A DNA stretch of 64,000 nt from an uncultured Clostridia bacterium (GCA_937858235.1 CALLZZ010000575.1:11268-75267), one strand, 5' to 3'. Counted from the first letter of the stretch, positions 9,032 through 19,502 are shown. Notes: a model not told the origin generated them from the sequence alone. Made by a program: numbers and translations.

Positions 9032-10639
9032 ATGAGAAGAGCAATGACATTTTTTCTGGTTCTACTGTTATTACTGTGTACTCCCGCCTTTGCGGCAGCT
9101 GAACCGGCTACCGGGGATTTTGCGGATATCCAGGGGCATTGGGCCGAGGGTGAAATCAGGACGGCCTGCAATCTGGGCCTGATGAGCGGGGTTGGAACTA
9201 CTGCCCAGAGATTTAAAATATTTAACCCGGAGGCTGCGGTCAGCCGGGCAGAGCTGGTGTCCGTACTGGAGCGAACCTTCCAACTGGATTACGGGAATAT
9301 AAGATTTATCAAGGAACCGGTGGCCAGTGACTACTATCAGGATGTAGAAGATAAAGCATGGTATTCCGGTGCTCTGGTTCTATGTGCTATAAATGGGATT
9401 TTAGATAATGATGTTGATTTTAAACCCGGAGAGCCGGTAAGCCGGATAGAAGTTGCGCGTACTATATGTCGTTCATTTACAGCCAAAAACATCATTGTGC
9501 CTATGACAAAAATGATGCCTATTTATGCAGATACCGGCAGTCTTACGGATGAGGACCGCAATGCGGTTATTTTCGTCAGCAATACCGGCATAATGAAGGG
9601 CGACGGAGGTAATTTCCGGCCCGGAGAGCCGGTTAAACGGGCGGAATTGGCCCGGGTCTTGAATCGCTGTGCCCAGCTCATAGCGCTTAACCAGAATTCC
9701 AATGGTCAGGAATACACGGTTCCGGTCGGGCAAACCTTTATTCTGTTTCTGAACAGCAATCCCTCCACCGGTTATCAGTGGAATAAAGACTCCTGGGATG
9801 AAGAAGTTGTGTCATTGACCAGCCGTAATTTCGAGGCCGGTGGTAATAAGGCCCTGGTAGGGCAGGAGGGTAAGGAAGGCTTTGTCTTTAAGGCCCTTAA
9901 GACCGGCAGCACAGAAATCAAGCTGAATTATGCCAGACCCTGGGAGAGTGTTCAGCCTGAGGAAACCTATAATTTAAAGGTTAAAGTGGTAGCACCCCAG
10001 AGTGAAAGTGCTGAGGTGCAAATGAGTTTAAAACCGGTAAAAAGCAAAAACGATCTGGTTGATGTGGAACTCAATATTCCCCAAATAGAGGGGCTTAAAA
10101 ATGAGCAGGTGCAGTCAGCTATCAACCGGCACTTTATGGAAGATGCCAATGCGCTGAAAGATGACCTGGAAGCTGAGGCGGATGAGGCTAAGAGAGGTTC
10201 TGAGCAGAGCGGGTATACTTTTCAGCCTTACGGGCTATGGAGCATATGTGAGAAATACTGTGAGAATGGCGATATATTAAGCCTTTATGTGGATTACTAC
10301 ACCTATACCGGCGGAGCACACGGTTCCACCGAGCGGCGGGCTTATAATTATGACCTGCAAACGGGAGAAAGATTAGAGCTAAAGGATTTGTTTAAAATGG
10401 GTTATGATTATAAGGCTGCTTTAAATGAGCAGGTCAAAGCCAGGATAGCTGCCCGGCCGGAAAACTATTTCGATGGCGACATGGGCTTTCAGGGCATTAA
10501 CGAAAGTAACTTTTACCTCGAAAATAACATTCTGATGCTTTATTTTGACGAGTACGAAATAGCACCTTATGCAGTCGGCATTCCCCAGTTCAAACTGCCG
10601 CTGAATCTATTCGGGAATAATTTAAAAGACGAATATTAG
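9032..10639 (+). CDS. SLH x3 + chagasin/I42 inhibitor + DUF4163/DUF3298 protein
   Basis: FADIQGHWA and F.P..PV.RAE SLH repeats; NPSTGYQW and YARPWE I42 motifs; YTGGAHG, YEIAPYAVG. Confidence 0.85.
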   Translation: MRRAMTFFLVLLLLLCTPAFAAAEPATGDFADIQGHWAEGEIRTACNLGLMSGVGTTAQRFKIFNPEAAVSRAELVSVLERTFQLDYGNIRFIKEPVASDYYQDVEDKAWYSGALVLCAINGILDNDVDFKPGEPVSRIEVARTICRSFTAKNIIVPMTKMMPIYADTGSLTDEDRNAVIFVSNTGIMKGDGGNFRPGEPVKRAELARVLNRCAQLIALNQNSNGQEYTVPVGQTFILFLNSNPSTGYQWNKDSWDEEVVSLTSRNFEAGGNKALVGQEGKEGFVFKALKTGSTEIKLNYARPWESVQPEETYNLKVKVVAPQSESAEVQMSLKPVKSKNDLVDVELNIPQIEGLKNEQVQSAINRHFMEDANALKDDLEAEADEAKRGSEQSGYTFQPYGLWSICEKYCENGDILSLYVDYYTYTGGAHGSTERRAYNYDLQTGERLELKDLFKMGYDYKAALNEQVKARIAARPENYFDGDMGFQGINESNFYLENNILMLYFDEYEIAPYAVGIPQFKLPLNLFGNNLKDEY

Positions 10640-10656
10640 AATAAAACGTGAAGAAT

Positions 10657-10699
10657 GGGATGGTTCTCAGCTTAGGTGCAAGAAGAACCGTCCTTTTTT
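10657..10699. terminator. Terminator / GGGACGGTTCT-type palindrome
   Basis: GGGATGGTTCT...AGAACCGTCCT then T-run, between convergent genes. Confidence 0.55.
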
Positions 10700-10718
10700 C
10701 TGCCTGAGAGCCAGAATT

Positions 10719-11975
10719 TCATTCTTCGTGATAATTAAAAAGAACCGATACTTTAAGAGACAGGTAATTGGAGATCAGACCGGCTATCAAAAATAGTCCC
10801 GGTAAAAAAGCCAGACCCTGCCACCATACTGTGTTTCCTGGTAAAACCAGGAGAAAGAGCAGGCAAAACGGCCAGAGTATGATATAAAAACTAATTTTAA
10901 TGCTCTGCTGTATATCATTCCATTGCATAGGCAGCATCCGCAAAAATAAGTCCTGGCTATGTTCCTTCCAATAAAGCTGTAACATTCCTCCCATACCCAG
11001 TAGTACAGCAATCATAAAAACAGACTTGGCTCCAAAAGGCACATTTTGTAACAAAACTACCACGGCCAATGCGTAAAACTGTCCAAAATCCTGCCATAGC
11101 TGTTTTTTGCGGATGAAGTACTTAACAAAGAAATAGGTGAATACCCGGGACGGGCGAAAAGCGATTCCCATACGGCCTTTTCCTATATGTATCTGCTTGC
11201 TCCTGCCCTGCTTTTCAACCTGAGCAGCGTTTCCCAGGAAAAGGCGCATTTTGTCAATATCCTGGTTTTCCTCTTCTGCTACTACCGCGTCCCAATCGCA
11301 AACCTTGAATTTACAATTAATAAGAGCCGTCAGGGCGATGGCGATAACTAGGGCAAATACTAAAGAAATAATGGTAGAGTTCCCCAGCATATAAGGCTCA
11401 ATAATCCGGTACCAGCCCCACAATAGCACTACAAACATCCCCACACTATACAGCCGGAAGAACCAGCGCCCCAGATGCTGGACAAGATGCCAGTTGATCT
11501 GTAGTACAATGGCTTTAAATATCAGTATTCCAAAAGCTATCAGTAACCAGGCATGTATATTCACACTTTGGACATGATAAAAAAAAGGATAGGCAAAAAA
11601 GAGCGCCAATAACAGGGGAACTGATTTTAAAAAAGTGCTTAAAATTTGTCCATAGGCCATGAGCTTCCTGAATTGTTGCCGGTAAGGATAAATCAGCACC
11701 AGGTCGCTTCTGTCCAAATAGGTTCTGAGAATACCCCGGGTCACCAGCAAGGCGATTAGGGCTGCCCACATACCGTGAAAATCAGTCCGGTACCAGTTGG
11801 GAAGGGCTTGCAGCCATTCAGAATAGGTACACCCAATAAGAATTAAGGCGGGAACCACAATATAGAGTGCCACCCAAAAATCGAGGGTTAGCATTAATAA
11901 TTCCTTGCCAACCCGCCAGCGGCCTTGTAAGCGGCGTTTAAACAGCCATGCACTGATACCCAAAATTGCTCTCAC
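10719..11975 (-). CDS. ecsB: EcsB-like ABC permease
   Basis: LRTYLDRSDLVL and WD..V.EE motifs; coupled to ecsA. Confidence 0.75.
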   Translation of the reverse strand: MRAILGISAWLFKRRLQGRWRVGKELLMLTLDFWVALYIVVPALILIGCTYSEWLQALPNWYRTDFHGMWAALIALLVTRGILRTYLDRSDLVLIYPYRQQFRKLMAYGQILSTFLKSVPLLLALFFAYPFFYHVQSVNIHAWLLIAFGILIFKAIVLQINWHLVQHLGRWFFRLYSVGMFVVLLWGWYRIIEPYMLGNSTIISLVFALVIAIALTALINCKFKVCDWDAVVAEEENQDIDKMRLFLGNAAQVEKQGRSKQIHIGKGRMGIAFRPSRVFTYFFVKYFIRKKQLWQDFGQFYALAVVVLLQNVPFGAKSVFMIAVLLGMGGMLQLYWKEHSQDLFLRMLPMQWNDIQQSIKISFYIILWPFCLLFLLVLPGNTVWWQGLAFLPGLFLIAGLISNYLSLKVSVLFNYHEE

Positions 11976-12748
11976 CTTCTTAGTAAATGCGTAAATACAG
12001 TAAAAAGATCGGCATTTTTCATACCTGCTTGTTGCTGCAATTGCTGTAAGCTGCCTTCAGCGACCTGACGCCCATTTTTTATTAGAATCAGCCGGTCACA
12101 AACCCGTTCCGCAATATCTAATACATGAGTGCTGAGCAAAAGACCGGCTCCCCGTGCTTTCTCATTTTCAAACCACTCCAGCAGTTCATTTATAGCAAAA
12201 GGGTCCAGTCCATTAAAGGGTTCATCCACCAGATACAGGGCAGGCTGTACCAGGTAAGCGCACATTATCATTACTTTTTGCCGCATGCCTTTGGAAAAGC
12301 CGCCAGGTAATGAATATTTAGCCTGATCCATGTCAAAGTGGCGAAGCAGCCAGTCTGCTCGTTGTTCAAATTCGGCATGGTCCATACCATATGCCATACT
12401 TGTAACTTCGAGATGTTCCCACAGAGTGAGCTCGGCATAGAGAGCTGGTAGTTCCGGTATATAGGCATAACCGCCGCTTGGCCTGGGAGGTAGAATCACC
12501 TCACCACGAAACTGTTCAATTAAACCCAGGATAGCTTTTAGCGTGGTTGACTTTCCTGCACCATTAGGGCCTATAATACCTATAACTTCACCAGGCATTA
12601 TTTGCAGGGAAAGGTCAGATATTACAGGTTTATTTTTGCTATATCCGGCTTCAAGCCCCACCACTTTTAAAAGACAATTAGAGCTGTCTGAAGTTAGTTT
12701 AGCATTGGTGGCAGTATAGCCTTTATTTTCACGGTGCAATGGTTTCAA
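11972..12748 (-). CDS. ecsA: EcsA-like ABC ATPase
   Basis: YAYIPELPALYAELTLWEHL, FSKGMRQKVMIMCA. Confidence 0.85.
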   Translation of the reverse strand: MKPLHRENKGYTATNAKLTSDSSNCLLKVVGLEAGYSKNKPVISDLSLQIMPGEVIGIIGPNGAGKSTTLKAILGLIEQFRGEVILPPRPSGGYAYIPELPALYAELTLWEHLEVTSMAYGMDHAEFEQRADWLLRHFDMDQAKYSLPGGFSKGMRQKVMIMCAYLVQPALYLVDEPFNGLDPFAINELLEWFENEKARGAGLLLSTHVLDIAERVCDRLILIKNGRQVAEGSLQQLQQQAGMKNADLFTVFTHLLRR

Positions 12749-12914
12749 GTTATAATCTCCTTAAAGATGATAAGGGGCATTTAGATTGTTTTTTTAAAAT
12801 TTATGTCGCGAAAACATTGATTTTTATATTATACTATAAACAGCTTTTGCGGGCCGTAATGAAATTACTACTACTATGCAGTATAAATTCTAATGTAAGA
12901 AGTGATGTTATTTT

Positions 12915-14900
12915 TTGTACGGAACTCTGCTTAATGATATTGTAATAATCTTTATTCTTGCTGTTGCGGTACTGTACTTGTTCAACCGCTTACGCATTCC
13001 TTCCATTGTTGGCTTTCTGATCACCGGTATACTGGCCGGTCCTCATGGTTTAGCCCTGGTCACCTCTGTAGACCAGGTTGAAGTTATTGCAGAAGTAGGG
13101 GTAATTTTCCTTCTTTTCAGTATTGGTATGGAGTTTTCCTTCAAAGAGCTGATGGAGATCCGCAAAACAGTATTACTGGGCGGCGCCGTTCAGGTTACTT
13201 TATGTATTCTTTTAAGTACTATAATTGCTATGGGTCTGAAGATGAGCTGGCAGAGCGCTGTTTTTATCGGATGTCTGGTATCTTTGAGCAGTACGGCGAT
13301 TGTACTTAAGCAACTGGGAGAAAGGGCTGAACTGGCTACTCCGCATGGCAAAATTGACCTGGGGATTCTTGTTTTTCAGGATATTGTTGCGGTACCTATG
13401 ATGCTCTTTACGCCTGTACTGGCCGGGCAACTGGGGCAGCCGGTCAGCATGGTCCTGCTTAAGACGGCTGCTGTCATTGTATTGGTGCTTATCCTGGCTA
13501 CTTATGTGATCCCGCCTTTCCTCTACCAGGTTACACGTACGCAAAATCGTGAACTCTTTTTGTTAAGCATTATTGCTATCTGTTTTTCGGTTGCCTTTCT
13601 AACCAATGGGGCCGGATTGTCATTGGCTTTGGGAGCTTTTCTGGCCGGTCTCATTATTGGAGAATCGGAATACAGCTATCAGGCCTTGAGTAATATTCTG
13701 CCTTTCATAGATACCTTTACCAGCGTGTTCTTTTTATCTATCGGTATGCTGCTCGATACTTCAGTGATAGTTCACCATTGGCAGCTACTTCTTCTTTGTA
13801 CCGGATTACTGGTCCTCATCAAAGCTCTGGCGGCTATGATTGCTGCCATAGTCCTGGGCTATCCTTTGCGAACCGCTATCCTGGTAGGATTTGGCCTGTG
13901 TCAGGTCGGAGAGTTTTCCTTCATTCTGGCGCAGAGCGGCATGAATTATCATTTGATGAGTGACCTGCTATACCAGGGTTTCTTATCTGCCTCAATACTC
14001 ACCATGATGCTAACCCCATTTTTTATGATCCTGGCGCCCCGTATTGCCCATCGTCTTAACGCCTTGCCTTTGCCAGGCGGACTATCAAAGGAGCAGATTG
14101 CGGAGTGCGAGTCTATTGATGAAGATTTGGATCAACACCTCCTGATCGTAGGTTATGGTGTAAATGGGCGTAATATTGCCAGAGCTGCGCAAGCAGCAGG
14201 GATTTCCTATCTGATTCTGGAGATTAATACGGATACCGTAAGAGCCGAAAAAGAAGCCGGCCAACCTATTTTTTTCGGTGATGCCACTCAGGATGTAGTA
14301 CTGACCAATGCCGGAATTGAACGCGCTAAAATGATGGTGGTCGCTATTCATGATGCCGCAGCGACCAGGCGGATTACAGCCACCGCCCGACGCTTAAATC
14401 CCGAGTTGCATATTTTGGTCAGAACCCGCTTTGTGGCCGATGTAGAAGATCTGGAGTTGCTGGGGGCAAATGAGGTTATTCCCGAAGAATACGAAACCTC
14501 AATTGAGATCTTTTCCCGGGTTTTGACTCGTTATCTGGTACCACGGGATCAGATTGAGCATTATGTGGAAAAGGTACGCAGGGAAGATTATGAAATGTTT
14601 AGAAACCTGAGACGCCCGATTGTTGATATCCAATCTCTTAACCGGATGCATCTGGAGGGAATGGATGTGTGTGCGGTTTTGGTAGATGAAGGTGCCCGGG
14701 CTGCCGGCCAGGCTATTGAAGCGATAGGGCTGCGCAAGAAGTTCGGAGTGACTGTTCTGACTATTCAGCGTGCCGGTCAGATGATACCGAATCCGGATGC
14801 CAAGGAACGTATTGAAGTTAATGACCACCTGATCGTATTGGGCCCGGTAGCAGATATCCAATATGTAACGCGTGAGTTGTTTACCAGACCGGCGCTTTAA
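12915..14900 (+). CDS. CPA2 K+/H+ antiporter with TrkA-N and TrkA-C domains (KefB/C-like)
   Basis: LSSTAIV, LVFQD, GEFSF, IVGYGVNG, GDAT. Confidence 0.9.
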   Translation: MYGTLLNDIVIIFILAVAVLYLFNRLRIPSIVGFLITGILAGPHGLALVTSVDQVEVIAEVGVIFLLFSIGMEFSFKELMEIRKTVLLGGAVQVTLCILLSTIIAMGLKMSWQSAVFIGCLVSLSSTAIVLKQLGERAELATPHGKIDLGILVFQDIVAVPMMLFTPVLAGQLGQPVSMVLLKTAAVIVLVLILATYVIPPFLYQVTRTQNRELFLLSIIAICFSVAFLTNGAGLSLALGAFLAGLIIGESEYSYQALSNILPFIDTFTSVFFLSIGMLLDTSVIVHHWQLLLLCTGLLVLIKALAAMIAAIVLGYPLRTAILVGFGLCQVGEFSFILAQSGMNYHLMSDLLYQGFLSASILTMMLTPFFMILAPRIAHRLNALPLPGGLSKEQIAECESIDEDLDQHLLIVGYGVNGRNIARAAQAAGISYLILEINTDTVRAEKEAGQPIFFGDATQDVVLTNAGIERAKMMVVAIHDAAATRRITATARRLNPELHILVRTRFVADVEDLELLGANEVIPEEYETSIEIFSRVLTRYLVPRDQIEHYVEKVRREDYEMFRNLRRPIVDIQSLNRMHLEGMDVCAVLVDEGARAAGQAIEAIGLRKKFGVTVLTIQRAGQMIPNPDAKERIEVNDHLIVLGPVADIQYVTRELFTRPAL

Positions 14901-15119
14901 TTGTCTTTTTCCCTTTCCGATGCCATACCAAAAAAACTTAACCTGATTCAGAATGCTCTATACGACAACATCGCCGGACTTGCATATAATGACATACCTA
15001 CGAGGCGGCGCACGCATCAAATCATAGTGTTCCTACACTAAATTAGATGATTCGGCCGGTAGTCTTGTAGGTTGCTGACCATAAATGGTATAATTATGCA
15101 GAGAAAGGCGGTGGAAAGA

Positions 15120-15287
15120 ATGGGTATGGGGAATTTTGGGCCATGGGAATTAATACTGCTATTATTCTATGTTGCTGCCATTGCTGTTCCCGTAGTATTC
15201 GTCATATGGTTAATAAAAACACTGAAACGAATTGAAAAACATCTGGGCGGGATTGAAGACAGCCTTAGCCGGATGGATAAGAGCTAA
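15120..15287 (+). CDS. Small single-pass membrane protein
   Basis: SD AAAGGCGGTG, extended -10 TGGTATAAT upstream, one TM plus coiled tail. Confidence 0.65.
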   Translation: MGMGNFGPWELILLLFYVAAIAVPVVFVIWLIKTLKRIEKHLGGIEDSLSRMDKS

Positions 15288-15330
15288 GCGGAAAGAGTGA
15301 GGTTTCTTGTCCTGTGTTACCGGTAAAAAC

Positions 15331-15603
15331 TTAGGACAAACTGTAAAGGGCCTTTTGCCAGGCATCCAAAGCCTCCCGGCCCGCTTGTCTCAGGGTCCGG
15401 TAGCGCTTGATTATTTGTGAGATATTGATTATGCATACAATTATAAACATCAATTCCAGGACGGCAGGAATAACCAGAGCATACTTCATGGCTGCTCCGC
15501 TCACGATTCCTGATTTCACCATTAGCATTGCAATGATTAAGGCAACTGCCAGAACAGGCAATAAAAATCGACGTATTTTATGGAATCGGAAAGAAAATTT
15601 CAT
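15331..15603 (-). CDS. Two-TM membrane protein, possibly 3'-truncated, co-transcribed with merR
   Basis: SD GAGGAG; 15 nt after merR stop. Confidence 0.55.
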   Translation of the reverse strand: MKFSFRFHKIRRFLLPVLAVALIIAMLMVKSGIVSGAAMKYALVIPAVLELMFIIVCIINISQIIKRYRTLRQAGREALDAWQKALYSLS

Positions 15604-15618
15604 TTGGCTTGCTCCTCT

Positions 15619-16461
15619 CTAGTCTCCCGCCTCAGTTTTCCCGGCTGATTTCTCCAAAATTAAATATTGCCGGAGCAGTTCTGCCAGCTTCATCTGGGCT
15701 GGACCAAGAACCTCTGCAAAAATTTCAGTCATTAATAATTCCAGGGGATCTCCAACCCCGGATTCCTGATTGAACACTTTTTCCCAGAAGGGAAAAGTTT
15801 TAAGGAAAGCGCCATAATCGCGGGCCAGATCCTCTATTACAGGTGAATCCTCGGGCAAATCTACGATAGCGGTGATTTGGGATCCATACAGCAAGGATTG
15901 CTGATATTGTTCCGGATGTTCTTTAAAATACTCCGCTATTTCACGCAATAAATCCTGATAATTAAATCCCCACTGTAACTCATCCATTACCTGGTATAAT
16001 TTGCGCTCCTGCTCATATAGTTCGGGGCAGATGCTTTGATAATCTGTTTTAGCTTCTTTGCCCAGAATATCCAGAATCATTTTAAAAGAAGAAGGATCAT
16101 CATAGCCTTCGATAAGTGCTGGATTGTCTCGATCAAGAAAATCTTCAATTTTAGTAAGCTGTTCTTCCATGGTTTTTATCCGGTTTAGAAGTTCGGCTTG
16201 CAAAGACAACAGAACTTCCCGGGTCGATTTGGGTTCTTCAGTATGCCCCAATATTGTCTTTATCTCTTCTAATCTAAGTCCCAGGGACTTCAGCCGTTTT
16301 ATAGACAGCATCTGTTTCAAATCGTCGGTTCCATAGAGCCGGTATCCCCCCGCTGAGCGTGCAGGTTCAGCCAACAGCCCGATTTTGTGGTAGTAGAGTA
16401 TGGTCTTGACAGTGACTCCGGATAATTTCGCGAATTCGCCAATTTTCAGATGTACCTGCAA
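15619..16461 (-). CDS. MerR-family transcriptional regulator
   Basis: IGEFAKLSGVTVKTILYYHKIGLL, GYRLY. Confidence 0.93.
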   Translation of the reverse strand: MQVHLKIGEFAKLSGVTVKTILYYHKIGLLAEPARSAGGYRLYGTDDLKQMLSIKRLKSLGLRLEEIKTILGHTEEPKSTREVLLSLQAELLNRIKTMEEQLTKIEDFLDRDNPALIEGYDDPSSFKMILDILGKEAKTDYQSICPELYEQERKLYQVMDELQWGFNYQDLLREIAEYFKEHPEQYQQSLLYGSQITAIVDLPEDSPVIEDLARDYGAFLKTFPFWEKVFNQESGVGDPLELLMTEIFAEVLGPAQMKLAELLRQYLILEKSAGKTEAGD

Positions 16462-16483
16462 TATTCATCCCGCCTTCATTGTA

Positions 16484-16514
16484 AGTATAAACCTCGACCT
16501 TAGGGGGAGGTCAA
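16484..16514 (-). promoter_or_regulatory. MerR-type promoter/operator
   Basis: TTGACC-19 nt-TATACT with dyad ACCTC..CCT-A-AGG..GAGGT. Confidence 0.8.
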
Positions 16515-16887
16515 ACCTTTATTTTCATCAGGTTTAGACCTAACTATAAATAGTATGAAGCCAATCGGCGCAATTAGCGGAGAAGCACACAGTGTCACGG
16601 CGGACAGTCAGAAATTTTATAAATGTTTAGGCTGCAAACATATGCTTATTTTACGAGGCGTTCTCTTAAATATACTCGTAAGCAATACTCCTATAGTATA
16701 AGCATTTGCTGTTTCAAGCACTGTGCCCCTGAATACTATATAATAAATATTAGCAATAATGGATAGGTGCAGGCAGAAGGCGTGCCTATGAAGAAACAGT
16801 ATGTTTTCAAAGCTGCCGGTGTTTGGGTGCACACTGGTGGGCTGTATTACAAGAGGTAAAGAAAACAGAAATGGGGTCAGGCTTGCT

Positions 16888-17742
16888 ATGCCGTTATTAT
16901 TAAATAATGCTCCTCCCCGGCCCCGTGGAAGGGTTCGCATGAACCTGGGGAGATTATACTATACCTGGCGCCGCCGTCTGCAATGGATGGTATCCGGCGC
17001 TAAATATGCCCGTACCCTTCGACCGGAAGTTAACTTGCCTTATCTGGTATTTCCCCATAAGACTCCGCTCTTGAGAAAACTGCGCCATGTCGACATGCAG
17101 TTACAATATAATAAGATTACTAATCTTAGGCTGGCGAGCCTTACTATGAACGGCCTGATATTAAAGCCAGGAGAAGTTTTTTCCTTCTGGCGGCAGGTAG
17201 GAAGACCAACCCGCCGCCAAGGCTACCTGGAAGGTATGGTGCTGTGCAACGGCGATTTTTGCGCAGGTACCGGCGGTGGCTTGTGCCAGCTTTCCAACCT
17301 GATTTACTGGATGACCCTTCACACACCGCTTACGGTAGAGGAACGCTGGCGGCATAATTATGATGTTTTCCCGGACAGCAACCGCACCCAGCCTTTTGGC
17401 AGCGGTGCTACCGTTTCCTACAATTATATTGATTTGCAGATTAAGAACCATACCTCATCTGACTATCAACTGATGATCTGGCTTGATGAAGATTACCTCT
17501 GCGGGGAATGGCGCTGCAGCCAGGCTCCGGTTCAGTATTACCAGGTTTACGAAAAGGAGCATTTAATAAAGGCAGAATGGTGGGGAGGCTACACCCGGCA
17601 TAATGTGCTGGGCAGAAAGGTTTATGAGCTTAACCATAACGAGATCGGCGATGAATTTGTTTGCGCCAATCAGGCCGTTATGATGTATCAACCATTGCTG
17701 CCGGCTGATGAGACTATTTTGCGCAAAACGGAATTGGATTAG
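16888..17742 (+). CDS. VanW family protein
   Basis: PGEVFSFW, GGGLCQLSN, ERWRHNYDVFPD; start uncertain. Confidence 0.88.
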   Translation: MPLLLNNAPPRPRGRVRMNLGRLYYTWRRRLQWMVSGAKYARTLRPEVNLPYLVFPHKTPLLRKLRHVDMQLQYNKITNLRLASLTMNGLILKPGEVFSFWRQVGRPTRRQGYLEGMVLCNGDFCAGTGGGLCQLSNLIYWMTLHTPLTVEERWRHNYDVFPDSNRTQPFGSGATVSYNYIDLQIKNHTSSDYQLMIWLDEDYLCGEWRCSQAPVQYYQVYEKEHLIKAEWWGGYTRHNVLGRKVYELNHNEIGDEFVCANQAVMMYQPLLPADETILRKTELD

Positions 17743-17782
17743 TTTGTTATGACGGAGCCTTTAATTCGCTTTATGGCAATAT

Positions 17783-17820
17783 AAGGGGACTAAGGAAATT
17801 AAAATTCTTAGTCCTTTTTT
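17783..17820 (+). terminator. Intrinsic terminator
   Basis: GGGGACTAAGG/TCTTAGTCCTT + T-run. Confidence 0.7.
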
Positions 17821-17904
17821 AAATAAAAATTGTTACCATGTAATAAAACCATCTCTTAAAGTGTCATATATATCAGAGGGTTAACCCTGAAGGGAGGGAT
17901 TGAA

Positions 17905-18477
17905 CTGAAAAGAGGCTATAGTCAGGAGGAAGCTGAAGAATTTTTTCACCGGGAATACCCGCGTTTATATACTTATGCGCTGTACCTGGTAAAAAACGAA
18001 CAGGCGGCTCAGGATTTATGCCAGGAAACGTTCATACGCTGGTTCAATCTTCCTGATATTCGGTCCGTACAAGTCCCGCGGGCCTGGCTGAAAAAGGTAG
18101 TCAGCAACCTGGCATTCAATTATCTTAGACATCAAAAACTACGTCGTAAAATTGAGACGGACAGCAACGATAATGCCCTGGACCAGAGTGTCGACGTGCA
18201 TCAGGACTTAAACCGCATTGAGGTGGAAGATATACTTAACACCTTGCCGGTAAAAGATCAGTTGCTGTTAAAGATGAAGATGGCCGGTCTGTCCTATAGC
18301 GAGATGGCCGGGGTAATGGGTGTTTCCAAAGGATCAGTCGGTGTTATGCTGATGCGGGCTATGAACAGGTTCAAAAAATCATACGAAGGAAACGGAGGAA
18401 AGGGGGTTAATCAGAAGCATGAACTGTCCGAACGAAGGCCAAATCTTGTTGTATGTAGAGAAGCAGCTAACCGCTGA
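17905..18477 (+). CDS. ECF sigma-70 factor, probable CTG start
   Basis: Frame open from stop 17857-17859; region 2 AQDLCQETFIRW/AWLKKVVSN lies upstream of the track start 18196; SD GGGAGG 7 nt before CTG. Confidence 0.8.
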   Translation: MKRGYSQEEAEEFFHREYPRLYTYALYLVKNEQAAQDLCQETFIRWFNLPDIRSVQVPRAWLKKVVSNLAFNYLRHQKLRRKIETDSNDNALDQSVDVHQDLNRIEVEDILNTLPVKDQLLLKMKMAGLSYSEMAGVMGVSKGSVGVMLMRAMNRFKKSYEGNGGKGVNQKHELSERRPNLVVCREAANR

Positions 18478-19498
18478 TGAAAATGTGATGATTGCTGCTC
18501 ATATCAAGAAATGTCCGCATTGTGCCCAGATGGTGGAAGAGATTAAACAAACGCTTGATTTTACCCGTACCCGGATGCCGCAAATGGATGTACCGTCACC
18601 ATCCCAGCCTCTGCCCGGGCAGGCTCAGATCTGGCAAAATATTAACCGCCATATAAACACTAATAGGAGAGAGGTTTTAAAAATGAAGTTTAGAAAAGTG
18701 ACTATTGCTGCGGCCGTAGTACTGGCACTGGTCATAGTTGGTTCCATACCATCGGTGCAAAGTGCCGCCGCTAATTTCCTGCAGGTTTTCAGAGTGCAAA
18801 AAGTAGATACGTTAACTTTAAGCCCGAATGATATGCAAGAGATTCAACAGGCTTTGCAACAGGGAACCAAAGGCCAGACCATGGATTTGGAAAGCTTCGG
18901 CTCCATAGCTGTAGAAGGACAACAGGAACAATCGAATTTGACTTATGCTCAACTTAATAGTCTGGGTTTTGCGGTTAAACTTCCAGCCGGCGTGGACGCT
19001 TCCCAGGGAGAATATACTCTCCAGACTATGCCCGATATGAAGATCACTCCGGATGTGGAAAAAGTCAATGCTTTCATTAGTGCCCTGGGCAGTGAAAAAC
19101 TCCTGCCGGCATCCCTGGACGGCAAGCCCTTCCAGATCAAAATGAACAAATGCTTGGTAGCTTCATATGAAAACTTTCGCTTAATACAGGGGCCCTCGCC
19201 TGAGATCGTAGCCCCGGGGGATGTGAAGGTGTCAGAAATAGCCGAAGCCATGGTGTCTCTGCCGATATGGCCGGAAAATGTCAGAAGACAGCTTGAAGCG
19301 GTAACTGATTGGGAGCATACCTTGCTGATACCTGGTGAAAACAATGAAAAAGTTAAAGTCCAGGGGCATGATGCGGTGTTAATGAAGGATAGCTCCAACG
19401 GCATGTTAATCTGGCAGGATAATGGTCAGGTCTACGCTCTGGAGAATTACTCGGACAAAAACCTGGATCTGGTTGAAATTGCTAATAGTATGAGGTAA
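18419..19498 (+). CDS. Zinc-finger (HxxxCxxC) anti-sigma factor with TM and extracytoplasmic domain
   Basis: HIKKCPHC; TM; follows ECF. Confidence 0.85.
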   Translation: MNCPNEGQILLYVEKQLTADENVMIAAHIKKCPHCAQMVEEIKQTLDFTRTRMPQMDVPSPSQPLPGQAQIWQNINRHINTNRREVLKMKFRKVTIAAAVVLALVIVGSIPSVQSAAANFLQVFRVQKVDTLTLSPNDMQEIQQALQQGTKGQTMDLESFGSIAVEGQQEQSNLTYAQLNSLGFAVKLPAGVDASQGEYTLQTMPDMKITPDVEKVNAFISALGSEKLLPASLDGKPFQIKMNKCLVASYENFRLIQGPSPEIVAPGDVKVSEIAEAMVSLPIWPENVRRQLEAVTDWEHTLLIPGENNEKVKVQGHDAVLMKDSSNGMLIWQDNGQVYALENYSDKNLDLVEIANSMR

Positions 19499-19502
19499 CA
19501 AT

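Noticed and set aside
8806-9102. 98-aa ORF
   Set aside because: Reads through the MITE hairpins, no RBS
15120-15287. TatA assignment (FGPWELIL)
   Set aside because: Lacks the FG hinge and amphipathic helix pattern; no tatC nearby
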